Assembly: GCF_057098645.1 (NCBI RefSeq)
Contig: NZ_CM169472.1
Direction: 5' to 3' (one strand)
DNA: 64,000 nt
The first letter of the stretch is position 1. Every line of letters begins with the position of its first letter. Under the pieces are notes generated by a model. It was not told where the DNA came from. It searched no databases and saw only the letters and a list, made by a program, of their open reading frames with translations. Positions 25,977 to 37,243 of the stretch are shown here, one piece after another. The position numbers were made by a program, and so were the translations under genes.

Positions 25977-27464
25977 TTATCCGACGCTGTGTTCAAGACT
26001 GATGGCGAGGAGTTTTTGTGCTTCAACGGCAAATTCCAGCGGCAGTTCCGAGAACACGTCTTTGCAGAAACCGTTAACAATCATCGAGATGGCGTCTTCT
26101 TCGCTGATCCCGCGCTGCAGGCAGTAAAACAGTTGATCTTCACCAATACGTGATGTTGTTGCCTCGTGCTCCAGTTGTGCGCTGTTATTGCGACATTCGA
26201 CATACGGGAAGGTATGCGCCCCACAATTAGCGCCAATCAGCATTGAGTCGCACTGAGTGAAATTGCGCGCATTGGTTGCCGTCGGCATGATTTTCACTAA
26301 GCCGCGATAACTGTTCTGACTATGTCCGGCAGAGATCCCTTTCGAGATAATGGTCGATTTGGTGTTTTTACCGATGTGGATCATCTTGGTGCCGGTATCC
26401 GCTTGCTGATGACCGCTGGTCAACGCCACTGAGTAAAACTCACCAATGGAGTTATCGCCGCGCAGAATGCAGCTGGGATATTTCCACGTAATCGCGGATC
26501 CGGTTTCTGATTGCGTCCATGACATTTTGCTGTTTTCGCCTTCGCACAGAGCACGCTTGGTGACGAAGTTGAGAATACCGCCGGTGTTGTTATCGCCAGG
26601 GAACCAGTTTTGTACCGTGGAATATTTCACCTCGGCGTTTTTATGGATGATGACTTCCACCACTGCCGCGTGTAACTGATAGCTGTCACGCACCGGAGCG
26701 GAACAGCCTTCAATGTAGCTGACGTAGCTGTCTTCGTCGGCCACCAGAATGGTGCGCTCAAACTGCCCGGTTTTTTCCGCGTTAATGCGAAAATAGGTGG
26801 AAAGTTCCATCGGGCAGCGCACGCCTTTAGGCACATAAATAAACGTACCGTCAGAGGCTACCGCCGCATTAAGCGCGGCAAAGAAGTTGTCATTCCCCGG
26901 CACCACGGTGCCGAGATATTTACGCACCAGTTCCGGGTGATCGTGGATCGCCTCACCAAAGGAACAGAAAATAATTCCCTGCTCCGCCAGTTTTTCGCGA
27001 TAAGTAGTGGCAACCGAAACTGAGTCGAAAATGGCATCCACCGCCACCTCTTTGCCTTCCCGCACGGGAACGCCCAACTGCTCAAACGCCGCCTCCACCT
27101 CTTTACTTAAAAAGGCGTTCGCGCCAGTTTGCTGCACCGCGCCAGGTTCAGACGCGCAAGTGTCGTCACAATTACCGCACGATGGTGCCGAGTAGTAGCT
27201 GTAATCCTGATAATTCAGCTTGTCGTAGTGCGCTTTCAACCAGTGCGGTTCTTCCATCTCCAGCCATGCGCGATAGGCGTTTAGACGAAACTCCAGCATC
27301 CACTCCGGCTCATTACGCTTCGCCGAAATTGCGCGCACCACCTCTTCGTTTATCCCCTTTGCCAGCTCATCGGTGGCTAACTGGGTGAAGAATCCTTCTT
27401 TATAATTCAGCGGGCCGCCGGTCCAGGTTTTGACATCGTCAGTTGCTTCAGTATTACGAGACAT
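25977..27464 (-). CDS. sufB: Fe-S cluster assembly scaffold SufB
   Basis: Start chosen at [14 protein letters not shown] (495 aa); upstream in-frame extension rejected. Confidence 0.95.
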   Translation of the reverse strand: MSRNTEATDDVKTWTGGPLNYKEGFFTQLATDELAKGINEEVVRAISAKRNEPEWMLEFRLNAYRAWLEMEEPHWLKAHYDKLNYQDYSYYSAPSCGNCDDTCASEPGAVQQTGANAFLSKEVEAAFEQLGVPVREGKEVAVDAIFDSVSVATTYREKLAEQGIIFCSFGEAIHDHPELVRKYLGTVVPGNDNFFAALNAAVASDGTFIYVPKGVRCPMELSTYFRINAEKTGQFERTILVADEDSYVSYIEGCSAPVRDSYQLHAAVVEVIIHKNAEVKYSTVQNWFPGDNNTGGILNFVTKRALCEGENSKMSWTQSETGSAITWKYPSCILRGDNSIGEFYSVALTSGHQQADTGTKMIHIGKNTKSTIISKGISAGHSQNSYRGLVKIMPTATNARNFTQCDSMLIGANCGAHTFPYVECRNNSAQLEHEATTSRIGEDQLFYCLQRGISEEDAISMIVNGFCKDVFSELPLEFAVEAQKLLAISLEHSVG

Positions 27465-27472
27465 AGTACCGC

Positions 27473-27841
27473 CTATACCCCAAAGCTTTCGCCACAGCCA
27501 CATTCATTCTGGGCTTTAGGGTTGTGAAATTTGAATATCTGATTAAGTCCTTCACGAACGAAATCGACTTCCGTGCCATCAATAAACGGCATCGCTTGCA
27601 GCGGGACAAACAGCTTCGCGCCGTCGTGTTCAAACAGCAGATCGTCTTTGTCCGGCTCGCTAACACTGTCGAGCACATAGCCAAAGCCCGCGCAGCCCGT
27701 TTGCTTCACACCTAAGCGCACGCCGACCATACCTGGCTGCTTTGCCACCAGCTCGCGGATGTGTATCGCCGCTGCGGGTGTCAGCGTTAAGCCTTGCCAG
27801 GCGAAATCCTGTGGGTTAAAGGTTCCTGAATGCATGTCCAT
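27473..27841 (-). CDS. sufA: Fe-S cluster A-type carrier SufA
   Basis: 122-aa ORF ending ...CGCGESFGV. Confidence 0.95.
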   Translation of the reverse strand: MDMHSGTFNPQDFAWQGLTLTPAAAIHIRELVAKQPGMVGVRLGVKQTGCAGFGYVLDSVSEPDKDDLLFEHDGAKLFVPLQAMPFIDGTEVDFVREGLNQIFKFHNPKAQNECGCGESFGV

Positions 27842-27884
27842 CGATTTACCTCACTTCATCGCTTTCAGCGTATAACAGCATGTT

Positions 27885-27903
27885 AGTGATAATGATTATC
27901 AGT
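27885..27903. promoter_or_regulatory. Fur box in the sufA promoter
   Basis: GTGATAATGATTATCAG matches the GATAATGATAATCATTATC Fur consensus, about 45 bp upstream of the sufA start. Confidence 0.6.
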
Positions 27904-28121
27904 TCAACCCAGCAAACGCAGGGGCTTTACCGTAAAACATGCTTTTTGCCTGCTTTTAATAAGCATAGACCCTGATGTGTGGGTTAACAGGCACGCTAAG
28001 AATTAGGTATCTCATTGTTAGATAATGGTTATTATCTAAGGAGCATTAAGGCTGTGATGAAAAAGAAAAGTTGTATTGAAAATGACTATTTAAGAGATAG
28101 GTAAAAAAGTGCAGCATTCAG

Positions 28122-28195
28122 AAATAAGAAAACCCTTAAGTCTGTGCGACACAGGCTTAAGGGTTTCTACCCCATCCGGCGCTTATCTCCGGCAC
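28122..28195 (-). ncRNA. rydB: Candidate small RNA RydB (structured RNA ending in an intrinsic terminator)
   Basis: Minus strand reads ...AAACCCTTAAG-cctgtgtcgcacagaC-TTAAGGGTTTTCTTATTT, a hairpin plus U-tract; the sufA-ydiH intergenic position matches my memory of rydB; 5' end approximate. Confidence 0.4.
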
Positions 28196-28388
28196 TCTCA
28201 GTGGCTTAGCTCTTGAAGGGGCGATAAGAATAATCTCATAAAGCTAACCCGCCGTTTTAACACAAACTGCGATTAGTATTATTTTTGAACAATATCAGGC
28301 GGGTAGATAAGCAGTATTAAGAAGGTCATCGAACCTGGACGGAGGTTAATCCAGGTCGATTTGGCGAACTTGCGGCATTAAGTCAGGA

Positions 28389-28577
28389 TCAATGCACGCC
28401 CAGACGCCAGGCAAAGTAGATTTCTTCTTTTAATTCAGCAGAAGAGAGAGTAAGCAGGTCAGCAAATTCAAGTTCTAGTTGTTTCAGACGTTTGAGATAT
28501 TGGGCAGGTGAAAGATTGCTCTGGTCACGGCGTAAAAATTCAATGGCCAGCTGGGTGGGATCAAGTTGAGTAGACAT
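28389..28577 (-). CDS. ydiH: Small protein YdiH
   Basis: 62-aa ORF MSTQLDPTQLAIEFLRRDQ... with GAGGA Shine-Dalgarno; longer upstream start rejected. Confidence 0.8.
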   Translation of the reverse strand: MSTQLDPTQLAIEFLRRDQSNLSPAQYLKRLKQLELEFADLLTLSSAELKEEIYFAWRLGVH

Positions 28578-28676
28578 AGCATCCTCGCTTTTAGACAAGA
28601 CCTGCACAGTATACCACCGTTTACTGTGCAGATAATGACCAAAAGCAATATGCGTCACACTTTTCTGGTGACAACG

Positions 28677-29087
28677 TCACAAAATGGCGGTCGTCAATCG
28701 TGACGAACAGCACAAACGCCCTTTCTCATCGAAGATTTCAATCTGCCAGACCTGGTGACGCGAACCGAGATGCAACGGTTTGCATACGCCGCGTACCCGC
28801 CCTTCTCGTGCCGAGCGGACGTGGTTAGCATTGATTTCCAGACCAACCACTTTTTGCTCACCTTCGGTACATAAATAACCGGCAACGGAACCGATACTTT
28901 CGGCCAGTACCACGGATGCACCTCCATGTAGCAACCCGAAAGGCTGCTTTGTCCGCGAGTCTACTGGCATTGTCGCTTCAAGGGTGTCATCACCAATATG
29001 TTCAAAGCGAATATCCAGTAACCCCACCATGTTTCCTTCACCCATGGCATTCAGTGCTTCCAGGGTGATTTTTCGTTTCCATATCAT
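28677..29087 (-). CDS. menI: 1,4-dihydroxy-2-naphthoyl-CoA thioesterase MenI (YdiI), hotdog fold
   Basis: 136-aa ORF MIWKRKITLEALNAMGEGNMVGLLDIRFEH... Confidence 0.9.
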   Translation of the reverse strand: MIWKRKITLEALNAMGEGNMVGLLDIRFEHIGDDTLEATMPVDSRTKQPFGLLHGGASVVLAESIGSVAGYLCTEGEQKVVGLEINANHVRSAREGRVRGVCKPLHLGSRHQVWQIEIFDEKGRLCCSSRLTTAIL

Positions 29088-32000
29088 TTAATAATCTCCA
29101 GTAAAGCCTGCACAGGATGGCGTACCCCCGTGCCTTCAACCCGTTTGACCTGACTACGGCAGGAATATCCGGTCGCCAGACAGCGGTTACGCGGCAGTCG
29201 CTGCATAGCCTGATGCCAGGATAACTCATAGATCCCGAGCGAATTTTTATGGTTTTTCGCTTCATGTCCGTAAGTCCCTGCCATGCCGCAGCAACCCACG
29301 CTGACATTTTCCAGTTTCGCGCCAAAACGGGCAAATATCGCGGCCCATTGTGCTGGCGCCCCCGGCAAGGAGGTAACTTCGGTACAGTGACCAAAGAAAT
29401 ACCATGATTCACCGCTGACTGTAGCCACTGGCTGTGACTCAAGTGCGCTTGCCAGCCATTCATTCGCCAGTAAGACGTTAAACTCGCCACGTTCCTCGCC
29501 CAGTGCCAGTTTATATTCATCGCGATAACAAAGTACCAGCGCCGGATCGACGCCTACCATTGGCATACCCAGCTTCGCCATACGGTTGAGGAAATCCGCC
29601 GTCTTTTTCGCCGTCTTCGCAAAACGATTAAGAAAACCTTTAATATGCTGGGCTTTGCCATTTGGCGAAAATGGCAGTAACACAGGCTGGAAACCTAATT
29701 TTTCGACCAGACGGACAAAATCCGCCACCACTTGCGCATCGTAATAGCTGGTAAAGGGGTCCTGCACCACCAACACCGTGCGCGCTTTCTGCTCTGCATT
29801 GAGAGCTTCAAGCTGTTCCAGCGTCATGTTTGCCGAGCGATGCCCCACCATTTGTTGTTGTAGCGAGGGGACCGACAGCAGCGGCAAATCAACCATGCCG
29901 ATATGTTTTTCCGAGAGTTTGCGCATCAGCGGCTGGTTAATGAAGAAGTTAAAGATTTTCGGCGCGCGTGCCATCAGCGGTGCGTAGCTCTCGACCGTAG
30001 CGACGAGGTGGTCGCGCAGCGGACGTAAATAACGGGTGTGATAGAGCTGCAGGAAACGAGAGCGAAACTCCGGCACATCAATTTTGATGGGGCACTGGGT
30101 CGAACAAGCTTTACAGGCCAGACAGCCCGACATCGCCTCTTTGACTTCGTGTGAGAAGTCATATTCGCCTTTATTCGCATGCCAGCTATTGCGCGTGCGG
30201 GCAATTAACGTCCGCAAACTGACGCCGGATTCAGGCAGTTCTTGTTCCAGTTTGAGTGGATCAACGCCGCGATCCGCCAACAAACGCAGCCATTCACGCA
30301 CCAGCGTTGCGCGCCCTTTCGGTGAATGAATCCGGTTCTGGGTGATCTTCATCGACGGACACATCGGACTACGGGCATCAAAGTTGAAGCATAAACCGTT
30401 GCCGTTACACTCCATCGCACCGCGCCACTGCTGGCGTACCGCAATGGGGATCTGCCGATCGAATGTACCGCGCTTCACCGCGTCCACTTTCATCATCGGC
30501 GCATCGAGACCTTCTGGCGGGCAAATCTTCCCTGGGTTGAGTCGGTTATGCGGATCAAATGCCGCTTTCACTTTGCGCAGTTCTGCAAAAAGTTCCTCAC
30601 CGAAAAACGCCGGGCTGTATTCAGCGCGAAAACCTTTGCCGTGCTCGCCCCACAACAAACCACCGTATTTCGCAGTCAGCGCCACCACGTCATCAGAGAT
30701 TTGCTTCATCAAAATCTCTTGTTGAGGATCGCACATATCCAGCGCTGGACGGACGTGCAAGACACCTGCGTCGACGTGACCGAACATACCGTAGCTTAAG
30801 CCGTGGCTGTCGAGCAGCGCGCGAAATTCAGCAATATAATCCGCCAGGTGTTCCGGCGGTACGCAGGTATCCTCAGCAAACGGAATTGGCTTAGCGGCAC
30901 CTTTGGCATTGCCAAGCAGACCAACGGCTTTTTTGCGCATTGCATAGATACGTTCAACCCCCGCCAGCTCACAGCACACCTGCCAGCCGATGACACCTGC
31001 TTGATGACTGGCGATCAGCTCATCCAACCGCGCACAGAGTGCATTTACCCGCTCATCAATCAGCGCCTCATCATCACCAGCAAATTCCACAATGTTCAGC
31101 CCGAGCATCTCTTTGTCAGGCACATCGGTAATCAACTCGCTGACGGAATGCCAGACAATATCTTCCCGCGCCAGATTCAGCACTTTTGAGTCCACCGTCT
31201 CTACCGAAAGCGCCCGCGCCTCAACCATAAACGGCGCGTTACGCAGCGCAGAGTCAAAAGAGTCATATTTGACATTCACCAGACGGCGCACTTTAGGCAA
31301 GCGCGTAATATCCAGCCGCGCTTCGGTAATAAAGGCCAGCGTCCCTTCTGAACCCGTCAGAATGCGCGTCAGGTCGAACTCGGTCATCTCATCGTTAAAG
31401 ACATGACGCAGATCGTAACCGGTAAGAAAGCGGTTAAGTTTGGGGAAGTTGTCGATGATTAACTGGCGTTGCTGACGGCAACGTTGATAAACCGTGTTAT
31501 AAATTCGCCCGATTGTGGTATTGGATTTACCCAGCGTTTCCGCCAGCTCGACGGGTAAAGGTTGCGTATCGAGAATATCGCCCCCCAACAACACCGCGCG
31601 TACGCCAAGTACGTGATCTGACGTTTTGCCATAGACCAGCGATCCCTGACCGGATGCATCGGTATTGATCATCCCACCGAGCGTTGCCCGGTTGCTGGTC
31701 GAAAGTTCCGGCGCAAAAAAGTAGCCGAACGGTTTCAGGTACTGATTGAGTTGATCTTTTATCACCCCGGCCTCAACGCGCACCCAGCCCTCTTCAGGGT
31801 TAATTTCGATGATGCAGTTCATATGGCGGGACATATCAACAATAATCCCCTGGTTGAGCGCCTGACCGTTAGTGCCGGTGCCGCCGCCGCGGGGGGTAAA
31901 GATCAGCGATGAATAGCGTTCCTGCGCGGCAAGACGGGCGATCAGCGCCACATCTGCGGTTGAACGCGGAAATACCACCGCATCGGGGAGAAGTTGGTAA

Positions 32001-32140
32001 ATACTGTTGTCGGTCGACATTGTCAGACGATCGGCATAACTTGTCGCCGTATCGCCGGTAAAACCTTGTTGCTCCAGCTCTTGCAAAAAATTAAGCACCA
32101 GTTGAACGACGCCGGGTGCCTGGGAAATCTGTGGAATCAT
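29084..32140 (-). CDS. ydiJ: FAD-linked oxidase with C-terminal Fe-S domain, YdiJ
   Basis: Start chosen at MIPQISQAPGVV (1018 aa); 4-bp overlap with menI. Confidence 0.9.
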   Translation of the reverse strand: MIPQISQAPGVVQLVLNFLQELEQQGFTGDTATSYADRLTMSTDNSIYQLLPDAVVFPRSTADVALIARLAAQERYSSLIFTPRGGGTGTNGQALNQGIIVDMSRHMNCIIEINPEEGWVRVEAGVIKDQLNQYLKPFGYFFAPELSTSNRATLGGMINTDASGQGSLVYGKTSDHVLGVRAVLLGGDILDTQPLPVELAETLGKSNTTIGRIYNTVYQRCRQQRQLIIDNFPKLNRFLTGYDLRHVFNDEMTEFDLTRILTGSEGTLAFITEARLDITRLPKVRRLVNVKYDSFDSALRNAPFMVEARALSVETVDSKVLNLAREDIVWHSVSELITDVPDKEMLGLNIVEFAGDDEALIDERVNALCARLDELIASHQAGVIGWQVCCELAGVERIYAMRKKAVGLLGNAKGAAKPIPFAEDTCVPPEHLADYIAEFRALLDSHGLSYGMFGHVDAGVLHVRPALDMCDPQQEILMKQISDDVVALTAKYGGLLWGEHGKGFRAEYSPAFFGEELFAELRKVKAAFDPHNRLNPGKICPPEGLDAPMMKVDAVKRGTFDRQIPIAVRQQWRGAMECNGNGLCFNFDARSPMCPSMKITQNRIHSPKGRATLVREWLRLLADRGVDPLKLEQELPESGVSLRTLIARTRNSWHANKGEYDFSHEVKEAMSGCLACKACSTQCPIKIDVPEFRSRFLQLYHTRYLRPLRDHLVATVESYAPLMARAPKIFNFFINQPLMRKLSEKHIGMVDLPLLSVPSLQQQMVGHRSANMTLEQLEALNAEQKARTVLVVQDPFTSYYDAQVVADFVRLVEKLGFQPVLLPFSPNGKAQHIKGFLNRFAKTAKKTADFLNRMAKLGMPMVGVDPALVLCYRDEYKLALGEERGEFNVLLANEWLASALESQPVATVSGESWYFFGHCTEVTSLPGAPAQWAAIFARFGAKLENVSVGCCGMAGTYGHEAKNHKNSLGIYELSWHQAMQRLPRNRCLATGYSCRSQVKRVEGTGVRHPVQALLEIIK

Positions 32141-32528
32141 TATATTGACCCTTTCCTGCGGTCTGTGATGTAGGTCGATACACTGTTCTTTCAGGCGGCT
32201 GCAATAGCGCACAGAAAGGTGATGTTTATTTACTCTATGGATTTCGAGTTGCAGGAAGGCGGCAAGCGAGTGAACTCCAGGAGCTTACAACAGTAAGTAA
32301 CTGGGGTGAACGAACGTAGCCGCAGCATATGCAACTTGAAATACGACGAGTAAATCGTTTGCGTGTTGCCTGAGTTGTTGTACCACATTTTTTTCTAACA
32401 CGCCCATCAGAATTAAGGGCAGAATCGGCCTGTTAAAAACCGCTGAAATTGCTCATCATTATGCAGGTGAGTTTCGCGTGTTCACGTCGCGTCGACGATT
32501 TGACGCACAAAAAAGGTGAAAAGTAGTT

Positions 32529-33641
32529 ATGGTAAATGTTCGTCAGCCCAGGGATGTCGCACAAATTCTGCTTTCGGTGCTGTTTTTAGCCATCATGATT
32601 GTGGCATGTCTGTGGATTGTTCAACCCTTTATTCTCGGCTTTGCATGGGCCGGTACGGTGGTTATCGCCACCTGGCCGGTATTGTTACGTTTGCAAAAGA
32701 TCATGTTTGGCCGCCGCTCTCTCGCCGTTCTGGTGATGACACTGTTATTAGTGATGGTGTTTATCATCCCTATTGCTTTGCTGGTTAACAGTATCGTCGA
32801 CGGCAGCGGCCCGCTAATTAAAGCCATTTCCAGCGGTGACATGACGTTACCCGATCTGGCGTGGCTTAATACCATTCCGGTGATTGGCGCGAAGCTATAT
32901 GCAGGCTGGCACAACTTGCTGGATATGGGGGGGACGGCGATCATGGCGAAAGTCCGCCCTTATATTGGCACCACCACCACCTGGTTCGTTGGGCAAGCGG
33001 CGCATATCGGGCGCTTTATGGTGCATTGTGCGCTGATGCTTCTCTTCAGTGCCCTGCTGTACTGGCGCGGTGAACAGGTGGCACAAGGCATTCGCCATTT
33101 TGCAACCCGTCTGGCAGGCGTTCGCGGAGATGCCGCCGTGCTGCTGGCGGCACAGGCTATCCGCGCGGTGGCGCTGGGTGTGGTGGTGACGGCGTTAGTA
33201 CAGGCAGTGCTTGGCGGTATCGGCCTCGCCGTATCCGGCGTACCTTATGCAACGTTGCTAACGGTGTTAATGATCCTCTCCTGCCTTGTCCAGCTTGGCC
33301 CGTTGCCGGTACTGATTCCGGCGATTATCTGGCTCTACTGGACCGGCGATACCACCTGGGGAACGGTATTGTTAGTGTGGAGCGGTGTGGTTGGCACGCT
33401 GGATAACGTCATCCGCCCAATGTTAATTCGCATGGGTGCCGATTTACCGCTGATCCTGATCCTCTCTGGCGTTATTGGTGGTTTGATTGCTTTCGGGATG
33501 ATCGGTCTGTTTATTGGTCCGGTTCTGTTAGCCGTTTCCTGGCGTCTGTTTGCCGCGTGGGTGGAAGAAGTCCCGCCGCCGACGGACCAACCGGAAGAAA
33601 TTCTCGAAGAACTTGGCGAAATCGAGAAACCGAATAAGTAA
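32529..33641 (+). CDS. ydiK: AI-2E-family inner-membrane transporter YdiK
   Basis: 370-aa multi-TM ORF. Confidence 0.9.
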   Translation: MVNVRQPRDVAQILLSVLFLAIMIVACLWIVQPFILGFAWAGTVVIATWPVLLRLQKIMFGRRSLAVLVMTLLLVMVFIIPIALLVNSIVDGSGPLIKAISSGDMTLPDLAWLNTIPVIGAKLYAGWHNLLDMGGTAIMAKVRPYIGTTTTWFVGQAAHIGRFMVHCALMLLFSALLYWRGEQVAQGIRHFATRLAGVRGDAAVLLAAQAIRAVALGVVVTALVQAVLGGIGLAVSGVPYATLLTVLMILSCLVQLGPLPVLIPAIIWLYWTGDTTWGTVLLVWSGVVGTLDNVIRPMLIRMGADLPLILILSGVIGGLIAFGMIGLFIGPVLLAVSWRLFAAWVEEVPPPTDQPEEILEELGEIEKPNK

Positions 33642-33647
33642 TTTCTC

Positions 33648-33674
33648 ATCAGGCGGCTCTGCCGCCTGATTGTT
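33648..33674 (+). terminator. Rho-independent terminator after ydiK
   Basis: ATCAGGCGG-ctct-GCCGCCTGAT followed by TGTT. Confidence 0.55.
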
Positions 33675-33826
33675 AACCACCGCTAATTGATATTTGCTTG
33701 CTCTTCCCCATATTTTCCTGCGTACCGCCATTCAGCTGGTAGTACCTGTCGCAAATTCTTTACAGTTTTTAAACTAATGAGACGAATCTGATCGACGCAA
33801 AAAGTCCGTATGCCTACTATTAGCTC

Positions 33827-33931
33827 ACGGTTATAAATCAACATATTGATTTATAAGCATGGAAATCCCCTGAGTGAAACAACGAATTGCTGTGTGTAGT
33901 CTTTGCCCATCTCCCACGATGGGCTTTTTTT
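33827..33931 (+). ncRNA. rprA: Small regulatory RNA RprA
   Basis: ACGGTTATAAATCAACATATTGATTTATAAGCATGGAAATCCCCTGAGTGAAACAACGAATTGCTGTGTGTAGTCTTTGCCCATCTCCCACGATGGGCTTTTTTT recognised as RprA, ending in a terminator hairpin and T-run. Confidence 0.9.
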
Positions 33932-34069
33932 TAACATTTTTCCGCTTCGCTACCTCGCCCCTCACTCTTTCCAATAATGTTGCACAAGATACTGTGACTC
34001 TCTTCAAGCCGTCAGCAAGCTGATAATGTTATTTATATTTTATTGTTTATTTCATGCAGCCATTACACG

Positions 34070-34426
34070 ATGAACGCTTATGAACTCCAGGCACTCCGCC
34101 ATATTTTTGCCATGACTATTGAAGAATGCGCGACCTGGATTGCCCAGACCGGTGACAGTGAAAGCTGGCGTCAATGGGAAAATGGCAAGTGTGCCATTCC
34201 TGATTGTGTAGTCGAGCAACTGTTGGCTATGCGTCAGCAAAGAAAAAAACATCTTCATGCCATCATAGAGAAAATAAATAACCGCATCGGCAACAACACC
34301 ATGCGTTTTTTCCCCGACTTAACCGCATTTCAACGAGTCTACCCTGATTGCAATTTTATTGACTGGAAGATCTATCAATCGGTAGCCGCTGAATTATATG
34401 CACACGATCTGGAGCGGCTTTGTTAA
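34070..34426 (+). CDS. ydiL: Uncharacterized protein YdiL
   Basis: 118-aa ORF from MNAYELQALRHIF... Confidence 0.8.
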   Translation: MNAYELQALRHIFAMTIEECATWIAQTGDSESWRQWENGKCAIPDCVVEQLLAMRQQRKKHLHAIIEKINNRIGNNTMRFFPDLTAFQRVYPDCNFIDWKIYQSVAAELYAHDLERLC

Positions 34427-34525
34427 TTTTTCCACAGAAAGGAATTGTCGTTGTTACAACAATAATGAATGGATACTGACACAACATCGCTACACTTTTT
34501 AAAGCACCTTTGCTAAGTAGAACCT

Positions 34526-35740
34526 ATGAAAAATCCCTATTACCCTACCGCACTTGGGTTGTATTTTAATTACCTAGTGCATGGTATGGGCGTCATTTTG
34601 ATGAGCCTGAATATGGCCTCGCTGGAGACACTTTGGCAGACTAATGCCGCGGGTGTCTCGATAGTTATCTCATCGCTGGGCATTGGTCGATTAAGTGTCT
34701 TGCTTTTTGCAGGATTATTATCCGATCGCTTTGGTCGCCGCCCTTTTATCATGCTCGGGATGTGCTGCTATATGGCCTTCTTTTTTGGCATCCTACACAC
34801 CAATAACATCATTATCGCTTATATTTTTGGCTTTCTGGCGGGAATGGCAAACAGTTTTCTCGATGCAGGCACTTATCCCAGTTTGATGGAAGCTTTTCCA
34901 CGCTCACCTGGGACAGCCAATATTTTAATTAAAGCATTTGTTTCCAGCGGACAATTTTTATTACCGCTAATCATTAGCCTGTTAGTGTGGGCTGAACTGT
35001 GGTTCGGTTGGTCCTTTATGATTGCTGCAGGCATTATGTTTATTAACGCTCTTTTTTTATACCGTTGTACGTTCCCACCCCATCCGGGTCGTCGCTTACC
35101 TGTCATAAAGAAAACCACCAGCTCTACGGAACATCGCTGTTCAATTATCGATTTAGCCAGTTATACCTTATATGGCTATATCTCAATGGCAACGTTTTAT
35201 CTGGTTAGCCAGTGGCTGGCACAGTACGGACAATTTGTTGCAGGCATGTCGTACACTATGTCGATCAAACTACTCAGTATCTACACCGTGGGTTCGCTGC
35301 TTTGTGTATTTATTACCGCTCCACTCATTCGTAATACCGTTCGCCCAACAACATTACTGATGCTGTACACCTTTATCTCATTTATTGCTCTGTTTACCGT
35401 CTGCCTGCATCCCACATTTTATGTGGTGATAATATTTGCTTTTGTCATTGGTTTTACCTCTGCTGGAGGTGTTGTGCAAATTGGCCTGACGTTAATGGCT
35501 GAACGTTTCCCTTACGCTAAAGGTAAAGCTACAGGGATCTATTACAGTGCGGGCAGTATTGCGACCTTTACTATTCCGTTGATTACGGCTCATCTGTCCC
35601 AAAGAAGTATTGCCGATATTATGTGGTTCGATACCGCCATCGCTGCCATCGGTTTTTTACTGGCACTGTTTATCGGCTTACGCAGCCGCAAAAAAACGCG
35701 GCATCACTCGCTAAAGGAAAATGTCGCTCCGGGTGGGTAA
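34526..35740 (+). CDS. ydiM: MFS transporter YdiM
   Basis: 404-aa multi-TM ORF. Confidence 0.85.
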   Translation: MKNPYYPTALGLYFNYLVHGMGVILMSLNMASLETLWQTNAAGVSIVISSLGIGRLSVLLFAGLLSDRFGRRPFIMLGMCCYMAFFFGILHTNNIIIAYIFGFLAGMANSFLDAGTYPSLMEAFPRSPGTANILIKAFVSSGQFLLPLIISLLVWAELWFGWSFMIAAGIMFINALFLYRCTFPPHPGRRLPVIKKTTSSTEHRCSIIDLASYTLYGYISMATFYLVSQWLAQYGQFVAGMSYTMSIKLLSIYTVGSLLCVFITAPLIRNTVRPTTLLMLYTFISFIALFTVCLHPTFYVVIIFAFVIGFTSAGGVVQIGLTLMAERFPYAKGKATGIYYSAGSIATFTIPLITAHLSQRSIADIMWFDTAIAAIGFLLALFIGLRSRKKTRHHSLKENVAPGG

Positions 35741-35966
35741 TGCAATATTCTTTTCAGGTCATGCAAGATCTTACGGATAAATAACTCTTTCTGCGCTAAC
35801 TAAGGAAAATCGCGATCAAAAAAAAACTATGACATGCAATATTCCTGGAAACATAAACTTTATGCCATGTACCCAGGGAAAATCATCTTCAGTATAGTAA
35901 TTATGTAAACCGTCGGAGAACAATACGTACGGTAACGAAATTATCTTTCAGCAAGGAGCTGTGAAA

Positions 35967-37232
35967 ATGTCTCAAAATAAGGCTTTCAGCACGCCATTTA
36001 TCCTGGCTGTTCTTTGTATTTACTTCAGCTACTTCCTGCACGGCATTAGTGTTATTACGCTTGCCCAAAATATGTCATCTCTGGCGGAAAAGTTTTCCAC
36101 TGACAACGCGGGCATTGCCTACTTAATTTCCGGTATCGGTTTGGGGCGATTGATCAGTATTTTATTCTTCGGTGTGATCTCCGATAAGTTTGGTCGTCGG
36201 GCGGTGATATTAATGGCAGTAATAATGTATCTGCTATTCTTCTTTGGTATTCCCGCTTGCCCGAATTTAACTCTCGCCTACGGTCTGGCAGTGTGCGTAG
36301 GTATCGCTAACTCAGCGCTGGATACGGGTGGCTACCCCGCGCTCATGGAATGCTTTCCGAAAGCCTCTGGTTCGGCGGTCATACTGGTTAAAGCGATGGT
36401 GTCATTCGGGCAAATGTTCTACCCAATGCTGGTGAGCTATATGTTGCTCAATAATATCTGGTACGGCTATGGGCTGATTATTCCGGGTATTCTGTTTGTA
36501 CTGATCACGCTGATGCTGTTGAAAAGCAAATTCCCCAGCCAGTTGGTGGACGCCAGCGTAGCTAATGAATTACCGCAAATGAACAGCAAACCGTTAGTCT
36601 GGCTGGAAGGTGTTTCATCGGTACTGTTCGGTGTAGCCGCATTCTCGACCTTTTATGTGATTGTGGTGTGGATGCCCAAATATGCGATGGCTTTTGCTGG
36701 TATGTCAGAAGCTGAGGCATTAAAAACCATCTCTTATTACAGTATGGGCTCGTTGGTCTGTGTCTTTATTTTTGCCGCACTACTGAAAAAAATGGTCCGG
36801 CCCATCTGGGCTAATGTATTTAACTCTGCACTGGCAACAATAACAGCAGCCATTATCTACCTGTACCCTTCTCCACTGGTGTGTAATGCCGGCGCCTTTG
36901 TTATCGGTTTCTCAGCAGCTGGCGGCATTTTACAGCTCGGTGTTTCGGTCATGTCAGAGTTTTTCCCAAAAAGCAAAGCCAAAGTCACCAGTATTTATAT
37001 GATGATGGGTGGACTGGCTAACTTTGTTATTCCGCTGATTACCGGTTATCTGTCGAACATCGGCCTGCAATATATCATTGTTCTCGATTTTACTTTCGCG
37101 CTGCTGGCCCTGATTACCGCAATTATTGTTTTTATCCGCTATTACCGCGTTTTTATTATTCCTGAGAATGATGTGCGGTTTGGCGAGCGCAAATTTAGCA
37201 CCCGGTTAAACACAATTAAGCATAGAGGTTAA
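35967..37232 (+). CDS. ydiN: MFS transporter YdiN
   Basis: 421-aa multi-TM ORF paralogous to ydiM. Confidence 0.85.
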   Translation: MSQNKAFSTPFILAVLCIYFSYFLHGISVITLAQNMSSLAEKFSTDNAGIAYLISGIGLGRLISILFFGVISDKFGRRAVILMAVIMYLLFFFGIPACPNLTLAYGLAVCVGIANSALDTGGYPALMECFPKASGSAVILVKAMVSFGQMFYPMLVSYMLLNNIWYGYGLIIPGILFVLITLMLLKSKFPSQLVDASVANELPQMNSKPLVWLEGVSSVLFGVAAFSTFYVIVVWMPKYAMAFAGMSEAEALKTISYYSMGSLVCVFIFAALLKKMVRPIWANVFNSALATITAAIIYLYPSPLVCNAGAFVIGFSAAGGILQLGVSVMSEFFPKSKAKVTSIYMMMGGLANFVIPLITGYLSNIGLQYIIVLDFTFALLALITAIIVFIRYYRVFIIPENDVRFGERKFSTRLNTIKHRG

Positions 37233-37243
37233 AGGAGTTAATT

